Made by a program: the position numbers and the translations under genes. Below, one piece after another: positions 10,298 through 19,872 of a stretch of DNA of 64,000 bases (the stretch's first letter is position 1; every line of letters begins with the position of its first letter). Origin of the DNA: a virus; IMG/VR virus record IMGVR_UViG_3300044632_000653; one strand, written 5' to 3'. The notes beneath the pieces were generated by a model. It did no database searches. It was not told where the DNA came from and saw nothing but the letters and a program-made list of their open reading frames with translations.

Positions 10298-10644
10298 TGC
10301 CACAGATCGTAAGGACCAACAAGCGTGTCGTGTACGCCACGGGAGCAACCGTGAGCGATATCGGCATCACCGCAAGCGCATTCTGCGACTACGGCACCAC
10401 GGACGGAAGGCAACTCGGCGAAGGCTCGGGCATCACGAATGGTACGGCGGCGATCTCCAAGATCGTCTCGGGATCACCTTCCTTCAGCGTCAGCATGTCG
10501 GGACAGACCGTGTTCACGGGTGGTGCGGCTGGCGAGTACAACTTTGAGCGGTACACGCTGAAGCCCATCGGGATCAACCCAACGGGCGTGTTCGGCGTGG
10601 TCGTCAGCACGGCGGGAACCGTGATAATCGAATTCGTCCTCTGA
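10297..10644 (+). CDS. Hypothetical small virion protein
   Basis: TAATG coupling; Gly/Thr-rich beta-strand character. Confidence 0.65.
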   Translation: MPQIVRTNKRVVYATGATVSDIGITASAFCDYGTTDGRQLGEGSGITNGTAAISKIVSGSPSFSVSMSGQTVFTGGAAGEYNFERYTLKPIGINPTGVFGVVVSTAGTVIIEFVL

Positions 10645-10678
10645 TCTAAAAGACTACATAAGGGAAAAGGAGACGGGG

Positions 10679-11323
10679 ATGAAACTCATCTGCGAGGTCA
10701 ACGAGGAGATCGAAGTCCTGACCGAGGAAAAGAACGGTCAGCGGCAGTACTTCATCGAAGGAACCTTCCTGCAAGGCGACATCAAGAACCGCAACGGTCG
10801 TGTCTACGAGTTCAAGATGCTCAAGGACAAGGTCGATCAGTACCGCAGGGAGTTCGTTGAGGCGAAGAGGGCGTTCGGTGAACTCGGTCACCCCGAGGGT
10901 CCGACGATCAACCTTGAGCGTGTCTCGCACATGATCATGGAACTCCATCCTGACGGCAAGAACTTCTACGGCAAGGCGAAGATCACCGACACCCCATACG
11001 GCAAGATCGTCAAGAACCTCATCGATGAGGGTGCGAAGTTGGGCGTGTCGAGCCGTGGTGTCGGCTCCCTTGAGGAGAAGAACGGTGCGTCCTATGTCAA
11101 GGATGACTTCCGCCTCTCGACCGCAGCAGACATCGTCGCCGACCCTTCCGCCCCCGAGGCTTTCGTGCGTGGCGTGATGGAAGGCAGGGAGTGGATCTAC
11201 GAGAACGGTCTCCTCGTCGCCAAGCAAGCCGAGGAGATCCGAAACAGCATCAAGAAGGCTTCTGCGAGAAAGTTGGAAGAGGCGAAGATCGCCGCTTTCA
11301 AGAGGTTCCTCGGAAGGCTTTGA
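10679..11323 (+). CDS. gp21: Prohead protease gp21
   Basis: FIEG.FLQ..IKNRNGRVY, GELGHP.GPTINL.RVSH, LGVSSRG.GSL, DIVADPSAP.AFV. Confidence 0.96.
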   Translation: MKLICEVNEEIEVLTEEKNGQRQYFIEGTFLQGDIKNRNGRVYEFKMLKDKVDQYRREFVEAKRAFGELGHPEGPTINLERVSHMIMELHPDGKNFYGKAKITDTPYGKIVKNLIDEGAKLGVSSRGVGSLEEKNGASYVKDDFRLSTAADIVADPSAPEAFVRGVMEGREWIYENGLLVAKQAEEIRNSIKKASARKLEEAKIAAFKRFLGRL

Positions 11324-11368
11324 TCGAACCCTTACGGAAGCCTACATAACAAGCACAGGAGAAAATCC

Positions 11369-12463
11369 ATGGATTACGAGAGCAACGACGAAGTCGAAGA
11401 AATCATCCTTGACGAGGACGAGGTCACCGAGGAGGAGACCCCCCTTGACGAAGAGGATGCCAAGACCAAGCAGATGACCAATCTTTCCGCCAAGCGTGGT
11501 GGAGCGGTCTCCGCTGCACCGACCGCATCGAAGGGTGTCGCCAACGCATCGAAGACGGGTGCAGGTAGCGGCAAGTACGCAGGTCTCTACAAGGACGGCA
11601 CGGGCGGCGGCGTTGTCGTTCCCGAGCCTGTCGATGTCGGCGCAGGTAGCGGCGACTCCAAGTCGAAGTTGATGGCTAGCGTCAAGTCGAAGAGGGCGAT
11701 GCGTGAGGAGATCGACTCCCACATGGATGCCATGTTCGACGGCGAGGACCTCACCGAGGACTTCAAGAACAAGGCTGCGACCATCTTTGAGGCGGCGATC
11801 AACGAGCGTGTCGAGGCGATCCGCACCGAACTTGAGGAGGAGTACAACAACCGCCTCGTCAGCGAGATCGAAGAGAACAAGACCGCCCTCACCGAGCAGT
11901 TGGACTCGTACCTCTCGTATGTCGTGAACGAGTGGCTTGAGGAGAACCGTCTCGCCGTCGAGAAGGGCATCCGCACCGAGGTCGCCGAGCAGTTCATGGA
12001 GGGTCTCCGCAGCCTCTTCAACGAGCATGACATCATGGTTCCTGAGTCGAAGATCGACATCGCCGACCAACTCGCTGAGACCGCCGACCAACTGAAGACC
12101 CGCCTTGACGAGGAGATGCGCAAGAACATCGAACTCGCCGAGCAGGTCAACGAGTTCCGTCGCCACAGGATCATCGATGAGTTGTCCGAGGACATGACCC
12201 TTTCGCAGAAGGAGCGTTTCCGCACCCTCGCCGAGGGAGTCACCCTCGGTAGCGACGAGCAAGATGTCCGCAACAAGTTGGGCGTGATCAGGGAGTCCTA
12301 CTTCAACGGCAAGGGCAGGAAGGCGGTCCTCACCGAGCAGACCGCCGCCACCGTCGAGGAGGGCATCAATGAGGAGCCCGCTTCCAACCAAGACCAAACT
12401 CAGTTTGTCAGCGAGTCCATGAAGGTCTACGCCGACACGCTGCGCAGGATTTCCAAGCGGTAA
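11369..12463 (+). CDS. gp22: Prohead core scaffold protein gp22
   Basis: EDL.E.FK.KAATIFEAA, LDSYL.YVV.EW.EEN.LA.E.G.R.E, RESYF. Confidence 0.93.
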   Translation: MDYESNDEVEEIILDEDEVTEEETPLDEEDAKTKQMTNLSAKRGGAVSAAPTASKGVANASKTGAGSGKYAGLYKDGTGGGVVVPEPVDVGAGSGDSKSKLMASVKSKRAMREEIDSHMDAMFDGEDLTEDFKNKAATIFEAAINERVEAIRTELEEEYNNRLVSEIEENKTALTEQLDSYLSYVVNEWLEENRLAVEKGIRTEVAEQFMEGLRSLFNEHDIMVPESKIDIADQLAETADQLKTRLDEEMRKNIELAEQVNEFRRHRIIDELSEDMTLSQKERFRTLAEGVTLGSDEQDVRNKLGVIRESYFNGKGRKAVLTEQTAATVEEGINEEPASNQDQTQFVSESMKVYADTLRRISKR

Positions 12464-12515
12464 ACAGCCGCTGCACTAAATACAACAACCTTTCAAACAA
12501 GGGAGAAGAGAGAAA

Positions 12516-13877
12516 ATGGAACTGACGATTTCCGAGGCCCTTCAGAAGAAGTGGCAACCCATCCTTGAACACGCTGACTTGCAGCCGATCAAGGACCCGT
12601 ACCGCAAGGCGGTTACGACCATGCTCCTTGAGAATCAGGAGCAGTACCTCCGTGAGGCTGCGCCCACCAACTTCAGCGGTGCTGCCACCATTGGTCAGGA
12701 AAGCGGCGGCAATGTGGCTCGTTGGGACCCGATCCTGATCAGCCTCGTTCGTCGTGCGATGCCGAACCTCATCGCCTACGACATCTGCGGCGTTCAGCCG
12801 ATGAGCGGTCCTACGGGACTTATCTTCGCCATGCGCAGCCGCTACATCAATCAGACGGGTCCTGAGGCTCTCTACCAAGAGGCTGACACCGCTTTCGGTG
12901 GCTCGGGCTCGACGGGTGCGACGGCTCAAGGCAACTACAACACCGATCCGTTTGAGATCAGCGGTGTGGATCCGTTCGGCTCGGGCACCCTCGCTCAGGC
13001 GACGGGCGTGAAGGGCACTAAGGGCTTCAGCACCTACGGCGGTGAAGCCCTCGGCGACTCGGCGAACAATCCGTTCCCGCAGATGGCATTCAGCATTGAG
13101 AAGACCACGGTCGAAGCGAAGACCCGTGCCCTCAAGGCTGAGTACACGATGGAACTCGCACAGGATCTCAAGGCGATCCACGGTCTCGACGCTGAGACGG
13201 AACTCGCCAACATCCTGTCGAGCGAAATCCTCGCCGAGATCAACCGTGAGGTCGTTCGTGTCATCTACGCCAACGCCAAGTTGGGTGCGAAGAGCGGCAC
13301 GACCCAAACCACGGGTGTCTTCGACCTCAATGTCGATTCCAACGGTCGTTGGAGCGTTGAGAAGTTCAAGGGTCTCCTCTTCCAGATTGAGCGTGAGTGC
13401 AATCAGATCGCCAAGGAAACCCGCCGTGGCAAGGGCAACTTCATCGTCTGCTCGTCGGATGTCGCCTCGGCTCTGTCGATGGCGGGTGTCCTCGACTACG
13501 CCCCTGCCCTCAGCACGAACCTCAATGTGGATGACACGGGCAACACCTTCGCAGGTGTCCTCAACGGCAAGTTGCGTGTGTACATCGATCCGTACTCGTC
13601 CATGACCACCTCGCATGACTTCTTCATGGCGGGTTACAAGGGCTCGTCGGCTTACGATGCGGGTATGTTCTACTGCCCGTATGTGCCGCTGCAAATGGTC
13701 CGTGCGGTCGGTGAGCAGTCCTTCCAGCCGAAGATCGGCTTCAAGACTCGCTACGGCTTGGTCAACAATCCGTTTGCGACGATCAACAACGGTTTGTCGG
13801 TGGCTGACCCCTACGACACCAATGCGACCCGCAAGAACATCTACTACCGCATCGTCAAGGTCACGAACCTCTTCTGA
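12516..13877 (+). CDS. gp23: Major capsid protein gp23
   Basis: DPILISLVRRAMPNLIAYD.CGVQPM.GPTGLIFAMRSRY, KAEYTMELAQDLKAIHGLDAE, FQPKIGFKTRYG. Confidence 0.98.
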   Translation: MELTISEALQKKWQPILEHADLQPIKDPYRKAVTTMLLENQEQYLREAAPTNFSGAATIGQESGGNVARWDPILISLVRRAMPNLIAYDICGVQPMSGPTGLIFAMRSRYINQTGPEALYQEADTAFGGSGSTGATAQGNYNTDPFEISGVDPFGSGTLAQATGVKGTKGFSTYGGEALGDSANNPFPQMAFSIEKTTVEAKTRALKAEYTMELAQDLKAIHGLDAETELANILSSEILAEINREVVRVIYANAKLGAKSGTTQTTGVFDLNVDSNGRWSVEKFKGLLFQIERECNQIAKETRRGKGNFIVCSSDVASALSMAGVLDYAPALSTNLNVDDTGNTFAGVLNGKLRVYIDPYSSMTTSHDFFMAGYKGSSAYDAGMFYCPYVPLQMVRAVGEQSFQPKIGFKTRYGLVNNPFATINNGLSVADPYDTNATRKNIYYRIVKVTNLF

Positions 13878-13900
13878 TCGGTCGTAGCAGGGAACTCATG

Positions 13901-13930
13901 GGGGCGGGGTCGAAAGACCTCGCCCCTTGT
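13901..13930 (+). terminator. Intrinsic terminator-like hairpin after gp23
   Basis: GGGGCGGGGTC-GAAA-GACCTCGCCCC followed by TTGT. Confidence 0.7.
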
Positions 13931-13949
13931 CATTTGGATACATACTTCG

Positions 13950-14498
13950 ATGGAACCGTTCCCCCGTGTCCCTGACGATATCAAGTTCAGTCCCCTGAAC
14001 CGTCAGCCCATCAACACGAACCCTTCGTTCAGCACGAACTTCAGGCTGATGATCCCCAAGATCCGCACGGGGATCTACTTCTGCACCGAGGCGACCTTTC
14101 CGTCGCTCACGATGGAGCCGATCAAGGTGCCTGTTCCTCTGTCCCCTTCGCTCAAGTTCTTCGGTAACAAGATCGACCACGGGGACCTCTCCGTCAAGTT
14201 CATCGTCAACGATGACTTCAGCAATTGGTTTGAGATGGCTGATTGGTTCAACAAGAGCCTCAACTACTACGGCTTCTTCAAGGACCAATCCGACTCTAGG
14301 CTGAGGAACATCATCACCGACTCGGGTCAGTTGCTGATCCTCAACAACAAGAAGAACCCCGTCGCTCGGGTCCTCTTCGATGGTCTGATGATCACAAGCC
14401 TTGCTGGCATGCCGATGAACTCAAGCGTTTCGGACAACGCCCCGCTCATTTGCGATGCGACCTTTCAGTTCACCGCTTACGACATCAAGGAGCCCTGA
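13950..14498 (+). CDS. Tail tube terminator gp3-like protein, copy 1
   Basis: P.N.N.....F...I.K.....YFC.....P.L, L.V.FIV..DF.NW, L.ILNNK.NP; position after the MCP gene. Confidence 0.75.
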   Translation: MEPFPRVPDDIKFSPLNRQPINTNPSFSTNFRLMIPKIRTGIYFCTEATFPSLTMEPIKVPVPLSPSLKFFGNKIDHGDLSVKFIVNDDFSNWFEMADWFNKSLNYYGFFKDQSDSRLRNIITDSGQLLILNNKKNPVARVLFDGLMITSLAGMPMNSSVSDNAPLICDATFQFTAYDIKEP

Positions 14499-15049
14499 TG
14501 TCCACCACCGACCTCAAGGATTGGTTCCCGAAACTGACCGACTTCGGTGCCCTCGGGAACAACCCCATCAACACCAACCTCGCCATGGCGACGAACTACA
14601 GGTTCGTCTGCGAGAAGGTGCAGGGGGTGACCTACTTCTGCACCTCGGTCACCACGCCGAGCCTTTCCTCCAATCCCGTGGTCCTCAACCACCTGTTCGC
14701 CGCCAACGACATCAAGTTCCCTGGCGGAAGGTCGCCATCGGACCTGTCGCTCAGGTTCATCGTCAGCGAGGACTTCAGCAACTACATGGAGATCGTCCGA
14801 TGGCAGCGGTCGGGTGTTCCGTACAGGGACTTCAGGGAAATCGTGCCCGAGTACAAGGGGAATGTGAACCACGGCAAACTGTTCTTCCTCAACAACAAGA
14901 AGAACCCCGTCCTGATGATGACCTTCTCCAACCTCATCCCGACGCAGATCTCAGGGTTCACCCTTACGCAGAGCGAGACGGACCCCACCCCGATCTACGG
15001 CACGGTGAACTTCGTGTTCGATGCCTACAGGGTCGATCCCGTCTCCTAG
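14498..15049 (+). CDS. Tail tube terminator gp3-like protein, copy 2
   Basis: Same motifs as the upstream ORF (PINTN, YFCT, FIVSEDFSNY, LNNKKNP); TGATG coupling. Confidence 0.75.
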   Translation: MSTTDLKDWFPKLTDFGALGNNPINTNLAMATNYRFVCEKVQGVTYFCTSVTTPSLSSNPVVLNHLFAANDIKFPGGRSPSDLSLRFIVSEDFSNYMEIVRWQRSGVPYRDFREIVPEYKGNVNHGKLFFLNNKKNPVLMMTFSNLIPTQISGFTLTQSETDPTPIYGTVNFVFDAYRVDPVS

Positions 15050-15216
15050 GGTCGTGGCTTCCTCGGAGCCATCGGAGGCTTCGGCTTCTTCACGGATGTC
15101 TTGCTCCGTCTGTCGGACGGGGACAACGGCTTTGCGGACTTCTTCGGACGCTGCGGCTTGACTGTGGCTGTTCGGCGAGGCATGCCTATGTTTAGGGTCG
15201 ATCCATAAGTAAAAGC

Positions 15217-16197
15217 ATGAAACCCTTGAACTTCCAAAGGATCGGCATCATCGTCCTGTTCACGATTCTCGGCGTTCTCGCCTCATGCAAGACCGTTCCG
15301 ACCGTGGTGGAGCCCAAGCCATCGACGGGCACATCCTCGGTGACCCTCAACTCCGTGGTGGATCACACGGAGGACTCGGTCGAGAGCATCAAGAACGATG
15401 CCATGGGCATCAAGAAGGACACTAGGATCGTCAGGGAGGCTCTCTCAATCGGGGTCATCACCGAGTCCCTCTCTAGGGATTCGTCCCCCACCGAGGCACC
15501 CAAGCCGTCCGATGTGGCGGTAGACACTCTCGCCAAGATAGATGCCAAGGCAGAAAACATCTCCCAATCTGCCGAGGAGATCAGGCGGGAGACCGAGCGG
15601 CTCAAAACCCTCAGCGAGGAGGTCGAGACCCTTGAGCGCAGCCTGACGAGCCTACGGCTCATGCTTGAAGAGACCCGAGTCAAAGCCATGGAGAAACTGT
15701 ATTCGTACATCTCCATGTTCTGGGTCATCGGTTTCGTGCTGATCGCCGCAGGTGCAGCCGTGGCGTTCTTCCTGAATAAGACCTATGGTGGAAGCCTTGC
15801 CATGCTCGGGGTGCTGATGCTCGGGTTCGCCTCGGCATCGCAGTACTACATGGAGGAGATCGCCCTCGTCGGGGCGATACTCCTCATCGTGGGATTCGTG
15901 GCATCCATCGCCATGATCGTGTGGTCAACGATCAAGAGCAAGAGGAACTCGACCGCCATCCATGAGGTGGTCGAGATGATCGAAATCCTCAAGGAGACGA
16001 TGACCGACTCCGAGAAGGAACGCATCTTCGGCACGGACGGGCTTGCGTCGAAGGTGCAGAGCGACCTGACCATGCAAATCATTGCCAAGATCAAGGAGCG
16101 CAACGGCTTCAGGAAGTTGAGTCAGGTCAGTCCCTCAGACTCTTCATCACAGCCGCAAGCAGGGCAAGAACCGACACCCCCACCGAGTACGCTGTGA
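15217..16197 (+). CDS. Lipoprotein with coiled coil and C-terminal transmembrane helices
   Basis: Signal II ...ILGVLAS-C; heptad-rich middle; three to four hydrophobic segments near the C-terminus. Confidence 0.7.
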   Translation: MKPLNFQRIGIIVLFTILGVLASCKTVPTVVEPKPSTGTSSVTLNSVVDHTEDSVESIKNDAMGIKKDTRIVREALSIGVITESLSRDSSPTEAPKPSDVAVDTLAKIDAKAENISQSAEEIRRETERLKTLSEEVETLERSLTSLRLMLEETRVKAMEKLYSYISMFWVIGFVLIAAGAAVAFFLNKTYGGSLAMLGVLMLGFASASQYYMEEIALVGAILLIVGFVASIAMIVWSTIKSKRNSTAIHEVVEMIEILKETMTDSEKERIFGTDGLASKVQSDLTMQIIAKIKERNGFRKLSQVSPSDSSSQPQAGQEPTPPPSTL

Positions 16198-16333
16198 CGG
16201 CTCCGAGGAACGACATCCCGCAGGTGTTCCTCAGGAACTCGTAGATTCCGAACCAACAGAGGGTGCCAACGAAGGACACCGACAACGCTAAGAGAAAGAT
16301 GACGAGGATGACCGCTATGGTTGTCTTGTTCAT
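16127..16333 (-). CDS. Small membrane protein
   Basis: Two hydrophobic segments; AGGA upstream. Confidence 0.5.
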   Translation of the reverse strand: MNKTTIAVILVIFLLALSVSFVGTLCWFGIYEFLRNTCGMSFLGAVTAYSVGVSVLALLAAVMKSLRD

Positions 16334-16402
16334 GTCACATGCGTCCTTGCATATGGTTGGTGCCCCCCGTCGCATGGGGGGTGTCGCACCGAGGATGTAT
16401 CG

Positions 16403-16645
16403 TTAGATCGGTTCGTAGCCGCCATCGGCGAGGGTCTGCCACATCTTCTGTGCATCCTCGACCTTCCATACGCCCATGTCATCCGAGGGGAAGTCGGGCG
16501 CATAGACACGCCATCGACGGTCGATCCGAACGAAGGAGACCTTTTGGGGATCATCGCTGTCGGGTAGGGGCGTGAAGGTGTAGTGGCAGTCGTTGCCCGA
16601 CAGGATGAGCGGGTTGTCGATGCGGAACTTCGGCTTCATCGTCAC
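16403..16645 (-). CDS. Hypothetical early protein (A..xW..L...G motif family)
   Basis: SD GAGGG; C-terminal EDAQKMWQTLADGGY. Confidence 0.6.
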   Translation of the reverse strand: MTMKPKFRIDNPLILSGNDCHYTFTPLPDSDDPQKVSFVRIDRRWRVYAPDFPSDDMGVWKVEDAQKMWQTLADGGYEPI

Positions 16646-16657
16646 CCCCTCATTCGG

Positions 16658-16903
16658 TCACATGCAACTTGCAGAGGAACCGTCGAGGGTTCCTTCCATG
16701 ATCAGGTTTCCTCGGTCATCCTTTCGTCCGTGGGGCTGAAGGGTGACCGTGTACTTATCGGTGTTGGTTTGGCTGCAACGCCACATCCTGACCCTGATCT
16801 GCCCCTTCCATGACTGCGTCACGGTTTCGATGGAGTGGTGACCTCTCGCCGTTGGCACGGTCTTACGGGCTGACTCGGTGATCTGTGCGTAGAAATGGGA
16901 CAT
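16658..16903 (-). CDS. Hypothetical phage protein
   Basis: SD GGAGG; MSHFYAQI...ARKT..TARG pattern. Confidence 0.65.
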   Translation of the reverse strand: MSHFYAQITESARKTVPTARGHHSIETVTQSWKGQIRVRMWRCSQTNTDKYTVTLQPHGRKDDRGNLIMEGTLDGSSASCM

Positions 16904-16933
16904 TTCTTTCCTCCGATGGGATTGCGGCGTTCG

Positions 16934-17410
16934 TCACATGTACCTGTCGTTCGTGACTTCCCTCATCGTGTCAAACATCAGGACAACATTGGATCCACCA
17001 AGGTCTTCGATGAGGGCTCTCGCATCTTGGATTTGATCACTTTGCGCCATGATCTGCTTTTCAGATCGGGAGATTTGGGCGATGCGCCACTTCACCTCTG
17101 CCTCCATGTCGGTGATCCTCTTGTCCATTGCCTCAATCTTCGTGTTGGTCTTCTGAACGAGTTCCTTCACCGCCGACTCATGGATGTCGGAGATCGTCTT
17201 CGTGATCTCGGGATCTAGCAACCGACCTCCGTAGTCGATGATCATCGACCATAGGGTCCGTGCGTCATCCTCGGAGTAAACGCCGTCCTTCCACTTCGAT
17301 CCCATGGTCCGCTCGGCATTCCGCACCAAGACAGATCCATCTCCCTGTTGACAGAACAGGACCGAATCGGTGTCTGCCGTGATCAGGATATGAAAGCGGA
17401 TATTTGCCAT
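16934..17410 (-). CDS. Hypothetical early protein with coiled coil
   Basis: Directly behind a TTGACA-17-TATCTT promoter; EDDARTLWSMIIDYGG motif. Confidence 0.65.
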   Translation of the reverse strand: MANIRFHILITADTDSVLFCQQGDGSVLVRNAERTMGSKWKDGVYSEDDARTLWSMIIDYGGRLLDPEITKTISDIHESAVKELVQKTNTKIEAMDKRITDMEAEVKWRIAQISRSEKQIMAQSDQIQDARALIEDLGGSNVVLMFDTMREVTNDRYM

Positions 17411-17416
17411 GTATCA

Positions 17417-17445
17417 AAGATACGATATCAAATGGTCTGTGTCAA
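17417..17445 (-). promoter_or_regulatory. Early sigma70-type promoter
   Basis: Minus strand TTGACA-cagaccatttgatatcg-TATCTT. Confidence 0.75.
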
Positions 17446-17647
17446 GTGGTTTGGGGAAGTTCCCCATAAAAACGCAACCACCTTGAGGTCAAGGTGGTGC
17501 GCATGGGAGAAAGATGGCGGTTGGGGCGGGGGGAGTGGCGGTGGGGGACTCGACCCCCGCCCCTTGGGGTGGTTTTGTGACTGTTACATCGACCGTATTG
17601 ATTATGCCTTTAGTCGGAGGTGGGAAAATTCCCGAAATCACCTGCGA

Positions 17648-17932
17648 CTAGTCCCGCATTATCGATTGCCAATCGGAGAAGTCCTCTGCGCTCATCCTGA
17701 CGAACCGCTCACGCAGGGTCTCGTATTCCTCACGCCAAGTGATTCCGTGCTGTCCCCCGCTTGGCGGGTAGGCGAACACAAGCCCTTGCAACATGTGGAT
17801 CTCGTCCCGTGCTTGCATGATCAGCACGGGCAGAGATTCGCTTGTGAACTCATGGAGGCGAGCCCTCTCCCTAGACACCTCCTCCAATGCGACGGTCAGC
17901 CTGTCCACGATGTCGATATCGGGTGTGTTCAT
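17648..17932 (-). CDS. Hypothetical phage protein
   Basis: DIVDRL...ARDEI..L pattern common in phage small ORFs; follows gmd. Confidence 0.6.
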   Translation of the reverse strand: MNTPDIDIVDRLTVALEEVSRERARLHEFTSESLPVLIMQARDEIHMLQGLVFAYPPSGGQHGITWREEYETLRERFVRMSAEDFSDWQSIMRD

Positions 17933-17939
17933 GGGATGC

Positions 17940-18986
17940 TCAGTAGATGATGCCGCCTGTACTGACCATGCAATTATCGGACACAAACATCGCCTGTGCA
18001 AGAGTCTTCATGTTGTACGAAGGTTGCCATCCGAGGATGAGACGGGCTCGGGTCGAGTCGCCGAGGAGATATGGCACCTCGTTCGGACGGAACAGCCTCG
18101 GGTCGATGATGACATACTTTTCCCATGAGCCGAGATCCGCAGCGGAGAACACCTCGTCAAGGAACTCACGGACGGTGTATGTCTCTCCCGTAGCGATCAC
18201 ATAGTCGCTCGGAATGTCCTGTTGGAGCATGAGCCACATGGCATGCACATAGTCCGCTGCATGTCCCCAATCACGCTTTGCGTCGAGGTTGCCAAGACGG
18301 AGGTTCCTCTGAAGCCCGTGCTTGATCCTCGCAGCCGCCATCGTGATCTTGCGGGTGACGAAGGTCTCCCCACGGCGTGGACTCTCATGGTTGAACAGGA
18401 TGCCGCATGAGGCATGGATTCCATAAGCCTTGCGGTATGTCTGCACCATCTGATGGGCATACACCTTGGCGACGGCATACGGCGAGACGGGTTGCAGCGG
18501 GGACTGTTCGTTGAATCCCATCGGGCTCGTCGGGACCGAGTCGCCGAACATCTCCGAGGATGACGCTTGATACAGCCTCGTCTGCGGGGAGATCGTCCTG
18601 ATGGCGTTGAGGATGTTCAGGGTGCCGTTGCAGATGCCGTCCGAGGTGTACTCGGGGAGTTCAAACGAGACTGCGACATGGCTCTGTGCGGCGAGGTTGT
18701 AGACCTCGTCAACCTCGTACTCCATGAGGATGTTGGAGATGCAGGATCCGTCGTGCAGGTCGTAGTACTTGAGGATGAACCTCGGATCGTTCGTGAGGTG
18801 ATCGATCCTTCCCGTCGAGATGGTGGATGTCCTCCGCTTCAAGCCGATGACGGTGTAGCCCTTGCGGAGGAGGAGTTCGCTGAGGTACGAGCCGTCCTGA
18901 CCGTTCACGCCCGTGATGACGGCGGTCTTTCCGTTCGGGACGGGATCGGCGTTACTTGCGGATGGAGTCGTAGTTGCTTCTGACAT
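17940..18986 (-). CDS. gmd: GDP-mannose 4,6-dehydratase
   Basis: ITGVNGQDGSYL, YNLAAQSHV.VSF, YQASSSEMFG, SPYAVAK, GILFNHESPRRGETFVTRKI, LGNLDAKRDWGHA.DYV. Confidence 0.96.
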   Translation of the reverse strand: MSEATTTPSASNADPVPNGKTAVITGVNGQDGSYLSELLLRKGYTVIGLKRRTSTISTGRIDHLTNDPRFILKYYDLHDGSCISNILMEYEVDEVYNLAAQSHVAVSFELPEYTSDGICNGTLNILNAIRTISPQTRLYQASSSEMFGDSVPTSPMGFNEQSPLQPVSPYAVAKVYAHQMVQTYRKAYGIHASCGILFNHESPRRGETFVTRKITMAAARIKHGLQRNLRLGNLDAKRDWGHAADYVHAMWLMLQQDIPSDYVIATGETYTVREFLDEVFSAADLGSWEKYVIIDPRLFRPNEVPYLLGDSTRARLILGWQPSYNMKTLAQAMFVSDNCMVSTGGIIY

Positions 18987-19872
18987 GGTCGCAGGTTTCC
19001 TTGATGGCTGTCTTGATGTCGGTGAAATTGAAGTCGGGGTACGCCGCTCGGAACCTTGAGTTGTCCGTGGGCTTTCGGTATATGCCTTCGGGCATGTCCG
19101 TTTGGAAGACGATCTCGCCGTCGAATTCCATGGCTTCGGCGATCATCCAAACGATGTCCTTGATCCTGTACTCCTGAGACGGAGATACGATCATCTCTGT
19201 CGGCACGGACTCACGGTTGTCGGAGTGGATCGTGGTCAGGGCTCTTGCGATGTCGGGTGCGTACACGAATTCACGCAACGCATCTCCCGAACCCCACACG
19301 GCAAAGGGCGTTCTTTCCCTCTTGGCGAGGTAGCACTTGTGGATGAGGCTCGGGATGACATGCCCGTGCATGCAGTTGTAGTTGTCGTTCTTGCCGAAGA
19401 CATTGCAGGGGATCACGCATCGGACCTGCATGCTGCGGTCCTTGCGGAGGCATCGGGCACCGACCTCAAGCATCCTCTTGGCATAGGCATAGCCGAAGTT
19501 GGTGTGGTGCGGTTCGCCGAGGTGGAGGCTGTCCTCCGTGAGCGGATACTGAACCTGCGTGGGGAAGACGCAGGTCGAGAGTACGAATGTTGCGGAGTTC
19601 AGCAAAAACTCCCCGCAGACACGCATCACATTGGCGTTGATGGAGAGGTTGTTGCTGAAGAACTCAAAGGAGTGGCGGTCGTTCGCACGGACACCTCCGA
19701 CCGTGGCGGCAAGGTGGATGACCTCGCTGATCTCGTTGTCGGCGACGAACTCACGCAGTTGCCTGTAGTCGAGGAGATTGAGTTCCCTTGATGTGGGGGC
19801 GAGTGCGTATCCCGAAGGAATCTCGCTGCCGATCAGCCCGTGACCTCCCGTGATGAGGACATGCCTGTTCAT
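18952..19872 (-). CDS. fcl: GDP-L-fucose synthase
   Basis: ITGG.GLIG, HLAA.VGG..AN, STC.FP, N.GYAYAKR, HVIPSLIHK, VWGSG..LREF; adjacent to gmd. Confidence 0.93.
   Translation of the reverse strand: MNRHVLITGGHGLIGSEIPSGYALAPTSRELNLLDYRQLREFVADNEISEVIHLAATVGGVRANDRHSFEFFSNNLSINANVMRVCGEFLLNSATFVLSTCVFPTQVQYPLTEDSLHLGEPHHTNFGYAYAKRMLEVGARCLRKDRSMQVRCVIPCNVFGKNDNYNCMHGHVIPSLIHKCYLAKRERTPFAVWGSGDALREFVYAPDIARALTTIHSDNRESVPTEMIVSPSQEYRIKDIVWMIAEAMEFDGEIVFQTDMPEGIYRKPTDNSRFRAAYPDFNFTDIKTAIKETCDHVRSNYDSIRK

Noticed and set aside
17535-17562. tRNA T-arm-like GGGTCGAGTCCC..CCA on the minus strand
   Set aside because: No acceptor, D or anticodon arms can be folded; better explained by a single long hairpin
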